Positions 10,533 through 19,909 of a stretch of 64,000 nt of DNA are shown here, piece after piece. The notes under the pieces are model-generated. The model had not been told where the DNA came from and did no database searches. It was given only the letters and a program-made list of their open reading frames with translations. The translations under genes were made by a program, and so were the position numbers. Location: NCBI GenBank assembly GCA_902625365.1, contig CACOAX010000001.1, positions 104,310 to 168,309 on the forward strand, written 5' to 3'. Position 1 is the stretch's first letter. Each line of letters opens with the position of its first letter. Source of the stretch: an uncultured Alphaproteobacteria bacterium. GTDB lineage: Bacteria > Pseudomonadota > Alphaproteobacteria > HIMB59 > GCA-002718135.

Positions 10533-11178
10533 ATTTCTAGTATTTTTTATTATATTTGTAATTAACACATCCTATGCAAAAAATTTTAGTGCAGAATATA
10601 AAGTCAGTACAACAGGAATAAAAATTGGTAATTTTAGTTGGTCATTAAATATTAATGATAATATTTATCAAACAGAAATTAATTTGAAAAATTCTGGCAT
10701 TTTTTCACCTTTATATAAATTTGAGGGAAGCTATCTTTCAGCTGGGGTTATTGAAAACAACATATTTAAGACCCAGAATTATAAACAGTTTTGGAAAACT
10801 AATAAGAAAACAAAAATAGTAAAAATGTCTTTTGATGATTATTTAATTGAATTAAAACAAGAGCCTATAGAAGAAGAAATAGCCAGAGTAGACCTAGAAG
10901 AGTTATATTTATATTTTGACCCAATTACCTCTTTTATAAATATTTTAAATGGAGAAAATGAGGCAAAAACAATTGATGGGAGAAGAATTTACACACTTAA
11001 ACAAAACAAAAGTGAGGATGGAAATATAATTTTAGAAATTGAAGACTATGTAAATATTTGGGCTGACCATAAAAGAAATGATTTAAAAAAAATTGAATTT
11101 TTAGTTAAAGATGATTTACTTCCATATGAAATTCTTATTCATTTTAAAAAAAGGGTATTTAAGTTAGAAAGAATTTAA
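10507..11178 (+). CDS. secreted hypothetical protein (DUF3108-like by recollection)
   Basis: Signal peptide FLVFFIIFVINTSYA; beta-rich alternating pattern (AEYKVSTTGIKIGNFSWSLN...). Function unassigned. Confidence 0.4.
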   Translation: MFTRLCLNKFLVFFIIFVINTSYAKNFSAEYKVSTTGIKIGNFSWSLNINDNIYQTEINLKNSGIFSPLYKFEGSYLSAGVIENNIFKTQNYKQFWKTNKKTKIVKMSFDDYLIELKQEPIEEEIARVDLEELYLYFDPITSFINILNGENEAKTIDGRRIYTLKQNKSEDGNIILEIEDYVNIWADHKRNDLKKIEFLVKDDLLPYEILIHFKKRVFKLERI

Positions 11179-11714
11179 AACTTTTTTTTTCTTAAATAGA
11201 CAAAAAGAGCTCCGTCACCCCCATGTTCAAAACCTGCATCTTGATATGTTAGGATATATTTCTTAAGATTGTCTTCGTTTATCCAGTTTATTATTGAGTT
11301 TTTAATCTTTCCATAGAAAAGTTTAGGGTTTGTGTCTTGTTCATTTTGAATTTTTTTATGAACACCCTTGCCAGTAATTATAAGCAAACATCTTCTATTC
11401 TTGTTATAATTTTTTTTCACCTCACTTATAAATTTTTCATGCGCTTCGACTAAACCGTACCCGTGAAGATCAATTCTTCTGTCTATATTAATTTTTCCCC
11501 GCTTAAGCTCCTTATTAACCTCGCCAAATGATAATTTAAACTCTGAGCTACTAACTTTGTGTTCAGTTATTGTTTTTTTGCTAGTATTTTTAGTATTAGT
11601 TTTTTTATCTAATTTTACATTTTTTTTATTAGTTGTTTTTGTTTTAACTATAGAAGTATCTTTTTTAAAAGGTTTTACACCTTTCATGTTTTTTAGAAAA
11701 AAATCTTCTTCCAT
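11175..11714 (-). CDS. Smr-domain protein
   Basis: IDLHGYGLVEAHEKF ... LLIITGKG (Smr/MutS2 C-terminal nuclease domain). Confidence 0.75.
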   Translation of the reverse strand: MEEDFFLKNMKGVKPFKKDTSIVKTKTTNKKNVKLDKKTNTKNTSKKTITEHKVSSSEFKLSFGEVNKELKRGKINIDRRIDLHGYGLVEAHEKFISEVKKNYNKNRRCLLIITGKGVHKKIQNEQDTNPKLFYGKIKNSIINWINEDNLKKYILTYQDAGFEHGGDGALFVYLRKKKF

Positions 11715-12142
11715 TATTTTTTTGTATAGTTTTTAATTAAATTTTTTACTCTTTCCGGTGTTTGCAAATACCACAAACTGTCTAACATCTCTAGTGATGC
11801 CATGAATTTTTGTTTTTTGTTTAGAAAATAAAGCATTTTCTTAAATTTAGAGACACCTTTTGCTCCAAGTTGAAAAATCATTTCTATTAATAATTCCTTC
11901 TCTGAAGTTGTGTGGTCTTTTTCAAAAAAATTTTTTTTGTATTGTTCGTGTGCTTTTTTAAAGTCTATCTCAAACAATTCTTCAAAATATTTTTTTTTAA
12001 ATTTTTTAATGTAATATTTATTTTCTTTTTCTGTAATAAGGTGACCATAACCAATAGTATAAAACCCTAATTGATCTTGATAAGGCTTATCAGAATAACC
12101 CTCGTTTTTTTTAATTCGGTCTTTGAGTTCTTTAAAGGACAA
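11714..12142 (-). CDS. GH24 (T4-type) lysozyme-like protein
   Basis: NEGYSDKPYQDQLGFYTIGYGHL aligns with the T4 lysozyme Glu/Asp/Thr catalytic segment; no signal peptide visible. Confidence 0.6.
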   Translation of the reverse strand: MSFKELKDRIKKNEGYSDKPYQDQLGFYTIGYGHLITEKENKYYIKKFKKKYFEELFEIDFKKAHEQYKKNFFEKDHTTSEKELLIEMIFQLGAKGVSKFKKMLYFLNKKQKFMASLEMLDSLWYLQTPERVKNLIKNYTKK

Positions 12143-12145
12143 ATA

Positions 12146-12727
12146 TTAAGTTTGAGTTAATATCCATATAGGACTAGAAGAGTTTATTGGTTTTTCAAAA
12201 GTCCAGGTGTCTTTATTTTTAACAATAGAACCCTCATCATTATTTAGCATCTGTTCACTAATAAAATTGACCGATATTGATATTGTGTCATTTTCTACTT
12301 TCGCGTCTGCGATGCCCTCTACAACAAGTGAATAAAATTGTGATTCTGGGTTGTTTGTTTTTTCATCAATCGCTTTTTCAAAAGCAGAATAAACATCTTT
12401 AGATACAAGGTTTTTCAGTGTTTTTTTATCTCCATTGTTGAAAGATGAAATTATAATCTCAAAAGCTTTCTTGGCACCATCAAGAAACTCTCGGTGATTA
12501 AAATTATTTACTTTTTTATATACGGCCTCAAGCTTTGTCTCATTATCCATTAAAGAAGGTATTTTTTGAACATCTTCTTGTTTTTTGGTTTCTTGAGGTT
12601 TTGGCTGTGATATATTTTTTTGAAATCCTGTTCTTTTTCCAAGAACACTCCTCAGTCTATAAATAATAAATCCAGCAATAGCTGCAAAAATCAAAATATC
12701 AAAAAATTGTAAGTCACCGTAAATCAT
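12146..12727 (-). CDS. Tim44-like domain membrane protein
   Basis: N-terminal TM (FDILIFAAIAGFIIYRL) + ~150-aa C-terminal domain; conserved alphaproteobacterial position beside dnaQ/smr. Confidence 0.7.
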   Translation of the reverse strand: MIYGDLQFFDILIFAAIAGFIIYRLRSVLGKRTGFQKNISQPKPQETKKQEDVQKIPSLMDNETKLEAVYKKVNNFNHREFLDGAKKAFEIIISSFNNGDKKTLKNLVSKDVYSAFEKAIDEKTNNPESQFYSLVVEGIADAKVENDTISISVNFISEQMLNNDEGSIVKNKDTWTFEKPINSSSPIWILTQT

Positions 12728-12757
12728 CTGATTTTAATATAATAACTTTTTTAAATA

Positions 12758-13432
12758 TTAATAGTTATATTTTTTCCAAAGAGGTTTTTTTAGTTTTTTT
12801 AACATTTCTTTGTGAGCTAAATAATCTTCTTCATTAACCTCTATGATTTTGGTTTTTGTTTCGTTTTTGTTGTTAATTTGTGTGTTTTTTTCATCACTGT
12901 TTGAGTTTAATTCCATAGAAAACTGCTTACCCCCTCTAAGCTCTAAATAAACTGCAGCTAAAAGCTGAGAGTCAAGCAGGGCTCCATGGAATGATCTGTC
13001 TGATAAATCAATATTAAACCTTCTGCACAAATAGTCGAGGTTAGCTATTCTTGTATTTAGAACTTCTCTTGCAAGGGAAACGGTATCAACTACAGGATTA
13101 TCTAAATGAGGTAATCCTAAGATTGACAACTCATTATTTATAAAACCTAAATCAAATGATGCATTGTGAATTATCAATGTGTCGTTTTTCAAAAAATTTA
13201 AGAGCTCCTTGTGGTTTTCTTCAAATGGTTTTTGTTGATTAAGAAAATCATCTGAAAGACCCACAATGTTTTTTGCTCCTTCGCTTATACTTCTGTCTGG
13301 TTTGCAATAAAATTGGAGCGTGTTTCCTGTAGGAATATAGTTTTTGAGTTCCACACAACCAACTTCTATTATTCTGTCACCAGTCTTATAATCAAGGCCT
13401 GTGGTTTCTGTATCAATTACTATTTCTCTCAT
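12758..13432 (-). CDS. dnaQ: DNA polymerase III epsilon subunit (3'-5' exonuclease)
   Basis: Exo motifs IVIDTETTGLD, IIHNASFDLGFI, HGALLDSQLLAAVY. Confidence 0.9.
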   Translation of the reverse strand: MREIVIDTETTGLDYKTGDRIIEVGCVELKNYIPTGNTLQFYCKPDRSISEGAKNIVGLSDDFLNQQKPFEENHKELLNFLKNDTLIIHNASFDLGFINNELSILGLPHLDNPVVDTVSLAREVLNTRIANLDYLCRRFNIDLSDRSFHGALLDSQLLAAVYLELRGGKQFSMELNSNSDEKNTQINNKNETKTKIIEVNEEDYLAHKEMLKKLKKPLWKKYNY

Positions 13433-13439
13433 TATTAAA

Positions 13440-14030
13440 CTAAAGTTTGCTTATTAGCTTATTAATCTTAATTTTATAATCTTTTAATGTCGAGTTGTTA
13501 TAAATAACATAATCAGATTTCTTTTTTCTGATAACATCTGATGTTTGAGATCGGGTTATATTCTTAAATTGGTTTTCGGTCATTTTTCTTGTTTTTTTTA
13601 ATCTTTTTAATCTTACTCGTTTCGTGGCTATTATCGATATTACTTTGTTGAACTGTTTCTCTAAATTGTTTTCAAACAATAGTGGTATATCAATAAAAAT
13701 TAATTTTGTTTTTTTTTGTTTTTCTTTTTTTATAAAATCAGACCTCTTTTTTCTAACTATTTTAAATATGTATAACTCGAGCTTTTTTCTTATCTGTTTA
13801 TTTTCAAAAATAATCTTTGATATAATTTTTTTATCTATGTTTTTTTTTGAAATGGACTTAGACAAACCTATGGTTTGTAAATAAGTAATAAATTTTTTTT
13901 CAGGGTTTTTATATATTTTGGCCACCTGCTCATCTGAGCTGTGAATTTTAAAACCACTTTCTTTTAATTTACTACAAAAGGTTGATTTACCCGACCCTAT
14001 ACCACCTGTTATTGCTATGGTTTTTGTCAT
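13440..14030 (-). CDS. coaE: dephospho-CoA kinase
   Basis: P-loop IAITGGIGSGKST; size and synteny (aroE-coaE-dnaQ). Confidence 0.85.
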   Translation of the reverse strand: MTKTIAITGGIGSGKSTFCSKLKESGFKIHSSDEQVAKIYKNPEKKFITYLQTIGLSKSISKKNIDKKIISKIIFENKQIRKKLELYIFKIVRKKRSDFIKKEKQKKTKLIFIDIPLLFENNLEKQFNKVISIIATKRVRLKRLKKTRKMTENQFKNITRSQTSDVIRKKKSDYVIYNNSTLKDYKIKINKLISKL

Positions 14031-14812
14031 TAAATTTTTTTATAAATAGCGTTAAGCATTTCTGCATCTACAGATGGGTTTTTACCAAACCACATTTTAA
14101 AACACGGTTTGGCCTGTTCTATCAACATTGATATTCCATAAATCTTTTTATTCTTCGGAAACTGCTTGAGAAATGAGGTGTTTTTTGGACTGTAAACAAT
14201 GTCGCTTACAATTGTGGATTTGGCGATAAGTTTTAAGTGTTTTTTTAACATAGGGTTTATTGGTGTAGTGTTAATTATTAAAAAAACTCCTTCAAGGTGT
14301 GTTTCAAGATCGCTATATTTTTTTGTATACTCAGTGTTTTTTGAATACTTAATTTTTTTCTTAGATCTGTTGAAAATTAAAATGTCCTTAAAGCCCCTCT
14401 TCTTTAAAACATAGTGAATAGCATGTGATGCACCCCCATAACCTAAAATAATAACTTTTCTATTTTTAGTTTTTTTTATATTTGGTAGGGTTTTGTAGTA
14501 TCCTGTCCAATCAGTATTGGTTCCGTTTATAGTTTTTTTATTTGTTACACAGTTTACAGCACCAATTTTTTTTGCATGAGCATCTATTTTGCCAAGGTGT
14601 TTTATAATTTTGTTTTTAAACGGGATGGTTACATTTAGACCAAGCGTATCTTTTTTTTCCAAAACCTCTTTTATTTTTTTATGAAAGTTTTTTTCTGTAA
14701 GCTCCAAATATCCATAATTTGCATTAATGTTATATTTTTTAAACCAATAGTTAAATATTGTTGGTGAAAGACTTTTAGATACCCTGTTTCCAACTACGTA
14801 AAGTTTTTTCAT
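14030..14812 (-). CDS. aroE: shikimate dehydrogenase
   Basis: VVGNRVSKSLSPTIFN substrate motif, NAD(P) loop ILGYGGASHA. Confidence 0.85.
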   Translation of the reverse strand: MKKLYVVGNRVSKSLSPTIFNYWFKKYNINANYGYLELTEKNFHKKIKEVLEKKDTLGLNVTIPFKNKIIKHLGKIDAHAKKIGAVNCVTNKKTINGTNTDWTGYYKTLPNIKKTKNRKVIILGYGGASHAIHYVLKKRGFKDILIFNRSKKKIKYSKNTEYTKKYSDLETHLEGVFLIINTTPINPMLKKHLKLIAKSTIVSDIVYSPKNTSFLKQFPKNKKIYGISMLIEQAKPCFKMWFGKNPSVDAEMLNAIYKKI

Positions 14813-15399
14813 TTTTTTGAATATAAGTAATCTAGCAAATTAAATAAAGGCAATCCCATAACATTAAAATAATCTCCTTTTATGCTCTCAATAATATTGG
14901 GTCCCAGGCTCTCTATTTGATAACACCCAACAGAGCTTAGTATTTGTTTACCTGTTTTTTTTAAGTATGTTTTTATTTCGCTATTATTAAGCTTTCTTAT
15001 TTTAACATGAGTTTTTTCGTAATTTTCCCAAACTTTAGAGCCATTTAAACAAATAGTTAAGCCAGATACTATTAAGTGTGTCTTTCCTGATAGAGACTTG
15101 ATTTTTTTTTGGGCTTTCTCAATAGAGTTTGCTTTATCTAAAATTTTTCCATTGTGATAAATGACTGTATCACAGCCCAAAACAATCTTATTGGCATACA
15201 GTTTTTTTATACTTACACTTCTTGCTTTTTCATAAGAAAGTTTTTTTGCAAAAATCTCAGGCTTTGTATTTCTATTAATAGTTTGTTTAATGTCCTCTTC
15301 GTTGCAATTTGGTTTTTTTTGTGTGAAATCTAATCCTGCATTTTTTAATATTTTGTATCTAGATTTACTTGAACTAGCTAATATAAATTTTTGGTGCAT
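14809..15399 (-). CDS. maf: Maf-family nucleoside triphosphate pyrophosphatase
   Basis: FILASSSKSRYKIL, LGCDTV; internal Met 15399 gives the canonical N-terminus (ORF track start 15432). Confidence 0.85.
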   Translation of the reverse strand: MHQKFILASSSKSRYKILKNAGLDFTQKKPNCNEEDIKQTINRNTKPEIFAKKLSYEKARSVSIKKLYANKIVLGCDTVIYHNGKILDKANSIEKAQKKIKSLSGKTHLIVSGLTICLNGSKVWENYEKTHVKIRKLNNSEIKTYLKKTGKQILSSVGCYQIESLGPNIIESIKGDYFNVMGLPLFNLLDYLYSKK

Positions 15400-15432
15400 A
15401 AGTGTGTTAATAAAAATTATAGTTATAAACAC

Positions 15433-15821
15433 TATTAGATATAATTTGAATTTAAGAAATAGTTCTTTTGTTTTAAAAATGTGTTGTTAACAAGTTAATA
15501 AATTGTCTGAATATTATAGGGTGGGTGTTAATATAATTATTATACAAAATTAATAACAAGTTATTAAAAATCTATTACATTGCAAATTATTTAAAAATAA
15601 TAATTTTTTTTAAATATTCTTTAAATTAACGTATTTATTAGTGTGGTTATTTATATGTTGGTAAATAATGAATAATACAACAATAAAGCTGTAATTAAGC
15701 TTTTTAACCTTACAACTAATACTACAATTAAATATATAAATTATATATTTATTATTATTTTGACATTAACTTCAATTTTGATTAATAAAATATTTCATTT
15801 CTAAACTACCCCAACAACATT
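15433..15821. other. 389-bp non-coding gap: candidate chromosomal origin region and/or rho promoter plus long leader
   Basis: Largest core-genome spacer in the window, at a minus-to-plus gene orientation switch. Flanked by the gene sets that flank Caulobacter Cori. Contains one DnaA-box-like TGTGGTTAT (15642-15650) and a C-rich/G-poor segment next to rho. Confidence 0.3.
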
Positions 15822-17078
15822 ATGAATTTACAGGAATTAAAAGGAAAAGAACCCCAAGAGCTTTTAAAACAAGCAGATAAGCTTGGAATAGAAAACCCAT
15901 CATCTCTTAGAAAACAAGACTTAATGTTTTCAATTTTAAAAACAATTGCTGAAGAAGGTGAAATTATTACTGGTTTAGGTGTTATTGAAATTATGCAAGA
16001 TGGTTTCGGTTTTTTAAGGTCTTCAGAATCAAATTATCTTCCGGGTCCAGATGATATCTATATTTCTCCATCACAAATTAAAAAATTTAGCTTAAGAACG
16101 GGTGATAGTGTTGAAGGTGAAATTAGATCTCCAAAGCAAGGAGAAAGATATTTTGCTATAACTAAAATTAACAAAATAAACGGTCAAGAAACTGATTTAG
16201 TTAAGAACAGGGTTAACTTTGAAGATTTAACACCATTGTATCCTGAAGCGAGGTTCAAACTTGAACAAGAAAAACCTATGCCGGATAACACAGAAAGAAT
16301 AATTGATATTATTGCTCCTCTTGGAAAAGGACAAAGACAATTAATTGTTGCACAACCTTTTACTGGTAAAACAATAATTATGCAAAAAATTGCAAATGCT
16401 ATTACTGCTAATAGTCCAGACGCTAAACTGATTGTCTTACTAATTGACGAAAGACCTGAAGAAGTAACTGATATGCAAAGATCAGTAAAAGGTGAGGTAA
16501 TTAGCTCAACTTTTGATGAACCTGCTTCACGCCACGTTCAAGTTGCAGAAATGGTAATAGAAAAAGCTAAAAGACTGGTTGAATATAAACACGATGTTGT
16601 AATCCTTCTTGATTCAATCACAAGACTTGGAAGAGCTTATAATACAGTTGTTCCATCCAGTGGAAAGGTATTAACAGGTGGTGTTGATGCTAACGCTTTA
16701 CAAAGACCAAAAAGATTTTTCGGAGCTGCAAGAAACGTTGAAAAAGGGGGATCACTTACAATTATTGCCACTGCTTTAATAGACACTGGAAGTAGAATGG
16801 ATGAGGTTATATTTGAAGAATTTAAAGGTACTGGTAACAGTGAAATGGTTCTAGATAGAAAACTTAGCCAAAAAAGAACTTACCCAGCTTTTGATATTGG
16901 TAAGTCAGGAACAAGAAAAGAAGAATTATTACTTGATAAAGACGAGCTTGGGAAAATCTTTATTTTAAGAAAAATACTAGCCCCAATGGGAAGTACAGAA
17001 GCCATGGAGTTCTTGTTAGATAAAATGAAAAACACAAAAACTAACAGCGAATTCTTCCAAAGCATGGGAACCAAATAA
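15822..17078 (+). CDS. rho: transcription termination factor Rho
   Basis: GFGFLRS RNA-binding domain, [15 protein letters not shown]-loop, [10 protein letters not shown]. Confidence 0.97.
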   Translation: MNLQELKGKEPQELLKQADKLGIENPSSLRKQDLMFSILKTIAEEGEIITGLGVIEIMQDGFGFLRSSESNYLPGPDDIYISPSQIKKFSLRTGDSVEGEIRSPKQGERYFAITKINKINGQETDLVKNRVNFEDLTPLYPEARFKLEQEKPMPDNTERIIDIIAPLGKGQRQLIVAQPFTGKTIIMQKIANAITANSPDAKLIVLLIDERPEEVTDMQRSVKGEVISSTFDEPASRHVQVAEMVIEKAKRLVEYKHDVVILLDSITRLGRAYNTVVPSSGKVLTGGVDANALQRPKRFFGAARNVEKGGSLTIIATALIDTGSRMDEVIFEEFKGTGNSEMVLDRKLSQKRTYPAFDIGKSGTRKEELLLDKDELGKIFILRKILAPMGSTEAMEFLLDKMKNTKTNSEFFQSMGTK

Positions 17079-17125
17079 ATATAATTTTTTCTTTTTTTTT
17101 AATTTTTTTTTAATAATAGAGAGAT

Positions 17126-18547
17126 GTGTTTTCCAAAAAAAATTTTGTTTTTTTATTAATATTCCTATTTCCAATAAACTTATTTGCCAATAATTATGAA
17201 AAAAACATAGAAAAACTCGGAATTACACTTTCTGGTCATTATATTGACGACACAATGAAAAATGAGAATGGCAAATATGTTTTGCCAAGCAACTCATGGT
17301 TTAGAAAACATATTAGTAATGATCTTCGGGTTTTTTATAAAACAGGATCTGGATATGGAGACTGGGACGGCAATGGAAAGCTTGATTACGTTGGTTTTGG
17401 GGCTGGTGTAGCTTGCCAAAGTGGAGGAAAATTAAAAGAAGGAAGAGTTGGTTGTGAAAACATTAACTCAATATACAACCCAATACTTCCCTTTTCAGTA
17501 AACGAAAATTTTAACTTTTCAAAAATGAGAACTGTTTTTGATTATAATAACACTGAAAAAAATGGGTTTGCATCAACTGTTCAAAGAATAATAATTGAAG
17601 ATTTTAATAGTGACGGAATAGACGATATCTTTGTTCCTAATGCATCAGTTGCTATAAATAAAGGCAAGTTCACTTACAAAGCAATTAACCACGTATTCAT
17701 ATCAACTGGTCCAAATAAATGGAAACAATCAAAGCACACAGGACATTTAGTTGATAAAAAAACAGCAACCTATCAAGGCTTCTCTCACGGTTCCGATGCA
17801 GGTGATGTTGATAATGACGGAGATGTTGATGTAGTAACAACCGACTTTTCAGGAGCTATATGTCATTTTAATGATGGAAAAGGAAACTTCAAAGCGAAGA
17901 AATGTACAGGCAACACAACTTTCACTGTAACTTTAGGAGATTTTAATAATGACGGAAATTTAGATATGGTTACTGGAAACGCACACTACAATCAAGACTA
18001 TAGAAAATATTCTCAACAAGGAAATGTTGTAAAAGAAACCACTAAATCACATAACATATCCCTTTATCATGGAAATGGAAAAGGAAAGTTTAAGAAAATA
18101 CAAACATTAGAACCGGCTAAGGTAAAAAAATTTATTTTTTCAGAGGTACCAGAAATGACATCTTTTGACTTTGATAATGACGGAGACCTTGATGTTATTA
18201 GTTCGGTTGTAGGAATGTATTACTCAGGCTCGGCTTGGGTTGTATATGAAAACAAAAATGGCAAACTAGAGCTAGTCGATGTAAATATTATTTTACCACC
18301 ACTTGATGAATGGCAAGACCCAAAAATTTGGGGTCAAATGGTCCAAACAGAGACAACTCAATGGAACACATATTGTAATAAAAGTATACTAATTGATGTT
18401 AATAGCGATGGCTTAATGGACGCATTATGCTCTAATGTTGCCCAAGATTTTAAAAGTGCTAATTTGTTTCTTCTCAATAAAGGAAATATGCAGTTCGATG
18501 TTTTAAACCCCGATCAAGTTAATATGTGGGTAGACTGGTTGGAATAA
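17126..18547 (+). CDS. secreted FG-GAP/VCBS-repeat protein
   Basis: Signal peptide; repeated Ca-binding-like DxDxDG loops: DFNSDGIDDIFV, DVDNDGDVDVVTTD, GDFNNDGNLDMVTG, FDFDNDGDLDVISS, DVNSDGLMDALCS. GTG start. Confidence 0.7.
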   Translation: MFSKKNFVFLLIFLFPINLFANNYEKNIEKLGITLSGHYIDDTMKNENGKYVLPSNSWFRKHISNDLRVFYKTGSGYGDWDGNGKLDYVGFGAGVACQSGGKLKEGRVGCENINSIYNPILPFSVNENFNFSKMRTVFDYNNTEKNGFASTVQRIIIEDFNSDGIDDIFVPNASVAINKGKFTYKAINHVFISTGPNKWKQSKHTGHLVDKKTATYQGFSHGSDAGDVDNDGDVDVVTTDFSGAICHFNDGKGNFKAKKCTGNTTFTVTLGDFNNDGNLDMVTGNAHYNQDYRKYSQQGNVVKETTKSHNISLYHGNGKGKFKKIQTLEPAKVKKFIFSEVPEMTSFDFDNDGDLDVISSVVGMYYSGSAWVVYENKNGKLELVDVNIILPPLDEWQDPKIWGQMVQTETTQWNTYCNKSILIDVNSDGLMDALCSNVAQDFKSANLFLLNKGNMQFDVLNPDQVNMWVDWLE

Positions 18548-18622
18548 AAATTAAATTATAAAAGACACCAGCTTTAATATTTCTTATTTACATAATTCTG
18601 TCTTGGGTTTAATTCCCAAAAA

Positions 18623-19909
18623 ATGAATGCTTCAAAGGACACAATTTTTGCTCTTGCTACGCAAAGAGGTAAATCAGGTATAGCCGTCTTTAGGGTTTCA
18701 GGAAAAGCCTCTCACAGATTAATAAAATCAATATCTTCAAAAAAAAAATTTAAAACAAACTTTGCCACATTAAATAATTTATTAGATGGAAAGAGTGTTG
18801 TAGATCAAACGCTAACAACTTTTTTTAAATCGCCAAAAAGCTACACAGGAGAAGATATGGTGGAAATATCTTGTCATGGAAGCGTTTCTGTAATTAACAA
18901 AATAACTAAAACCCTATTAAAAAAACAGATCAGACTTGCTGAACCTGGGGAGTTTACCAAAAGAGCTCTAATGAATGATAAGCTTAGTGTTTTACAAGCT
19001 GAAACAATTAATGATTTAGTTAATGCAGAAACTGAAAATCAAAGAAAGATTGCCATTGGTAATTTAAGTGGAAACTTAGATAGGTTTATAAATGAAATAT
19101 CAAACAAACAAAAAAAACTTCTAGCGGATATAGAGGCCATAATTGATTTTGCTGATGAAGAACTTCCTAAAGAAATATATAGTAACATAAGAGAACAAAA
19201 TAAGAACATATATAAACAAATTGAAAAAATTATCGAAAGATCAACCTTATCTAGACAAATCCATGACGGTTTTACAATAACTATTATTGGAAAGCCAAAC
19301 ACAGGAAAGTCTTCCTTTATTAATTATATTAATAATAAGGAGGTTTCTATAGTTACTAATATACCAGGAACCACAACAGATTTAGTAAGCTCTACACTAG
19401 ACATACAAGGAGATAAATACACATTTATTGATACAGCTGGAATAAGAAAATATAAGAATTTAATTGAAAAAATAGGTATTGAAAGATCCTTAGAGAGCGC
19501 TGAAAAGTCTGATTTAAATATAGTTTTTCTCAAAAACAATGAAAAGAAAAACTACAGTAAAATTAAATCAAAAATATTTGTTAAATCAAAATATGATACA
19601 AATAAAAAGAAAATTAGCGGTGTGCATAGTATCTCATCAGTATCCGGTTATGGAATTGAGCCTCTTATTAAAACCATATCTTCACAATTAAAGAAAAAAC
19701 CAATTTCTGGACCAACCTTTTCACGTGAAAGACATATGGAAAGCCTAAAGAAATCCTTTGTACTACTTAAAGGTTTAGATTTAAAAGAAATAGATATTGC
19801 TGCTGAAAATGTTAGAAGATCAATTATGTATATTGATGGAATTAATCAAAAAATTGATATTGAGAAAATTTTAGATATAATATTTAGTGATTTTTGTATA
19901 GGTAAGTAA
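18623..19909 (+). CDS. mnmE: tRNA modification GTPase MnmE
   Basis: G1 IIGKPNTGKSSFIN, G3 FIDTAGIRK, C-terminal FCIGK. Confidence 0.93.
   Translation: MNASKDTIFALATQRGKSGIAVFRVSGKASHRLIKSISSKKKFKTNFATLNNLLDGKSVVDQTLTTFFKSPKSYTGEDMVEISCHGSVSVINKITKTLLKKQIRLAEPGEFTKRALMNDKLSVLQAETINDLVNAETENQRKIAIGNLSGNLDRFINEISNKQKKLLADIEAIIDFADEELPKEIYSNIREQNKNIYKQIEKIIERSTLSRQIHDGFTITIIGKPNTGKSSFINYINNKEVSIVTNIPGTTTDLVSSTLDIQGDKYTFIDTAGIRKYKNLIEKIGIERSLESAEKSDLNIVFLKNNEKKNYSKIKSKIFVKSKYDTNKKKISGVHSISSVSGYGIEPLIKTISSQLKKKPISGPTFSRERHMESLKKSFVLLKGLDLKEIDIAAENVRRSIMYIDGINQKIDIEKILDIIFSDFCIGK
19717..19732. promoter_or_regulatory. parS-like site 1 (inside 3' end of mnmE)
   Basis: CTTTTCACGTGAAAGA: 13/16 to TGTTTCACGTGAAACA; inner 12-bp palindrome TTTCACGTGAAA perfect. 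Confidence 0.5.

Noticed and set aside
15610-15624. TTAA-N7-TTAA (CtrA-box-like) in the maf-rho gap.
   Set aside because: I counted 16 TTAA tetramers in the 389-bp gap, so one pair at the right spacing is expected by chance. It lacks the terminal C of TTAAC. It is not used as evidence.
15668-15694. Mini-ORF ATGAATAATACAACAATAAAGCTGTAA (MNNTTIKL) as a possible leader peptide.
   Set aside because: There is no SD, no attenuator structure that I could fold, and no link between the codon content and rho regulation.
15760-15788. TTGACA (15760-15765) as the rho -35 element.
   Set aside because: No convincing -10 lies at 16-18 bp (TAATAA matches only 3/6). Promoter calls in DNA this AT-rich are unreliable without TSS data.
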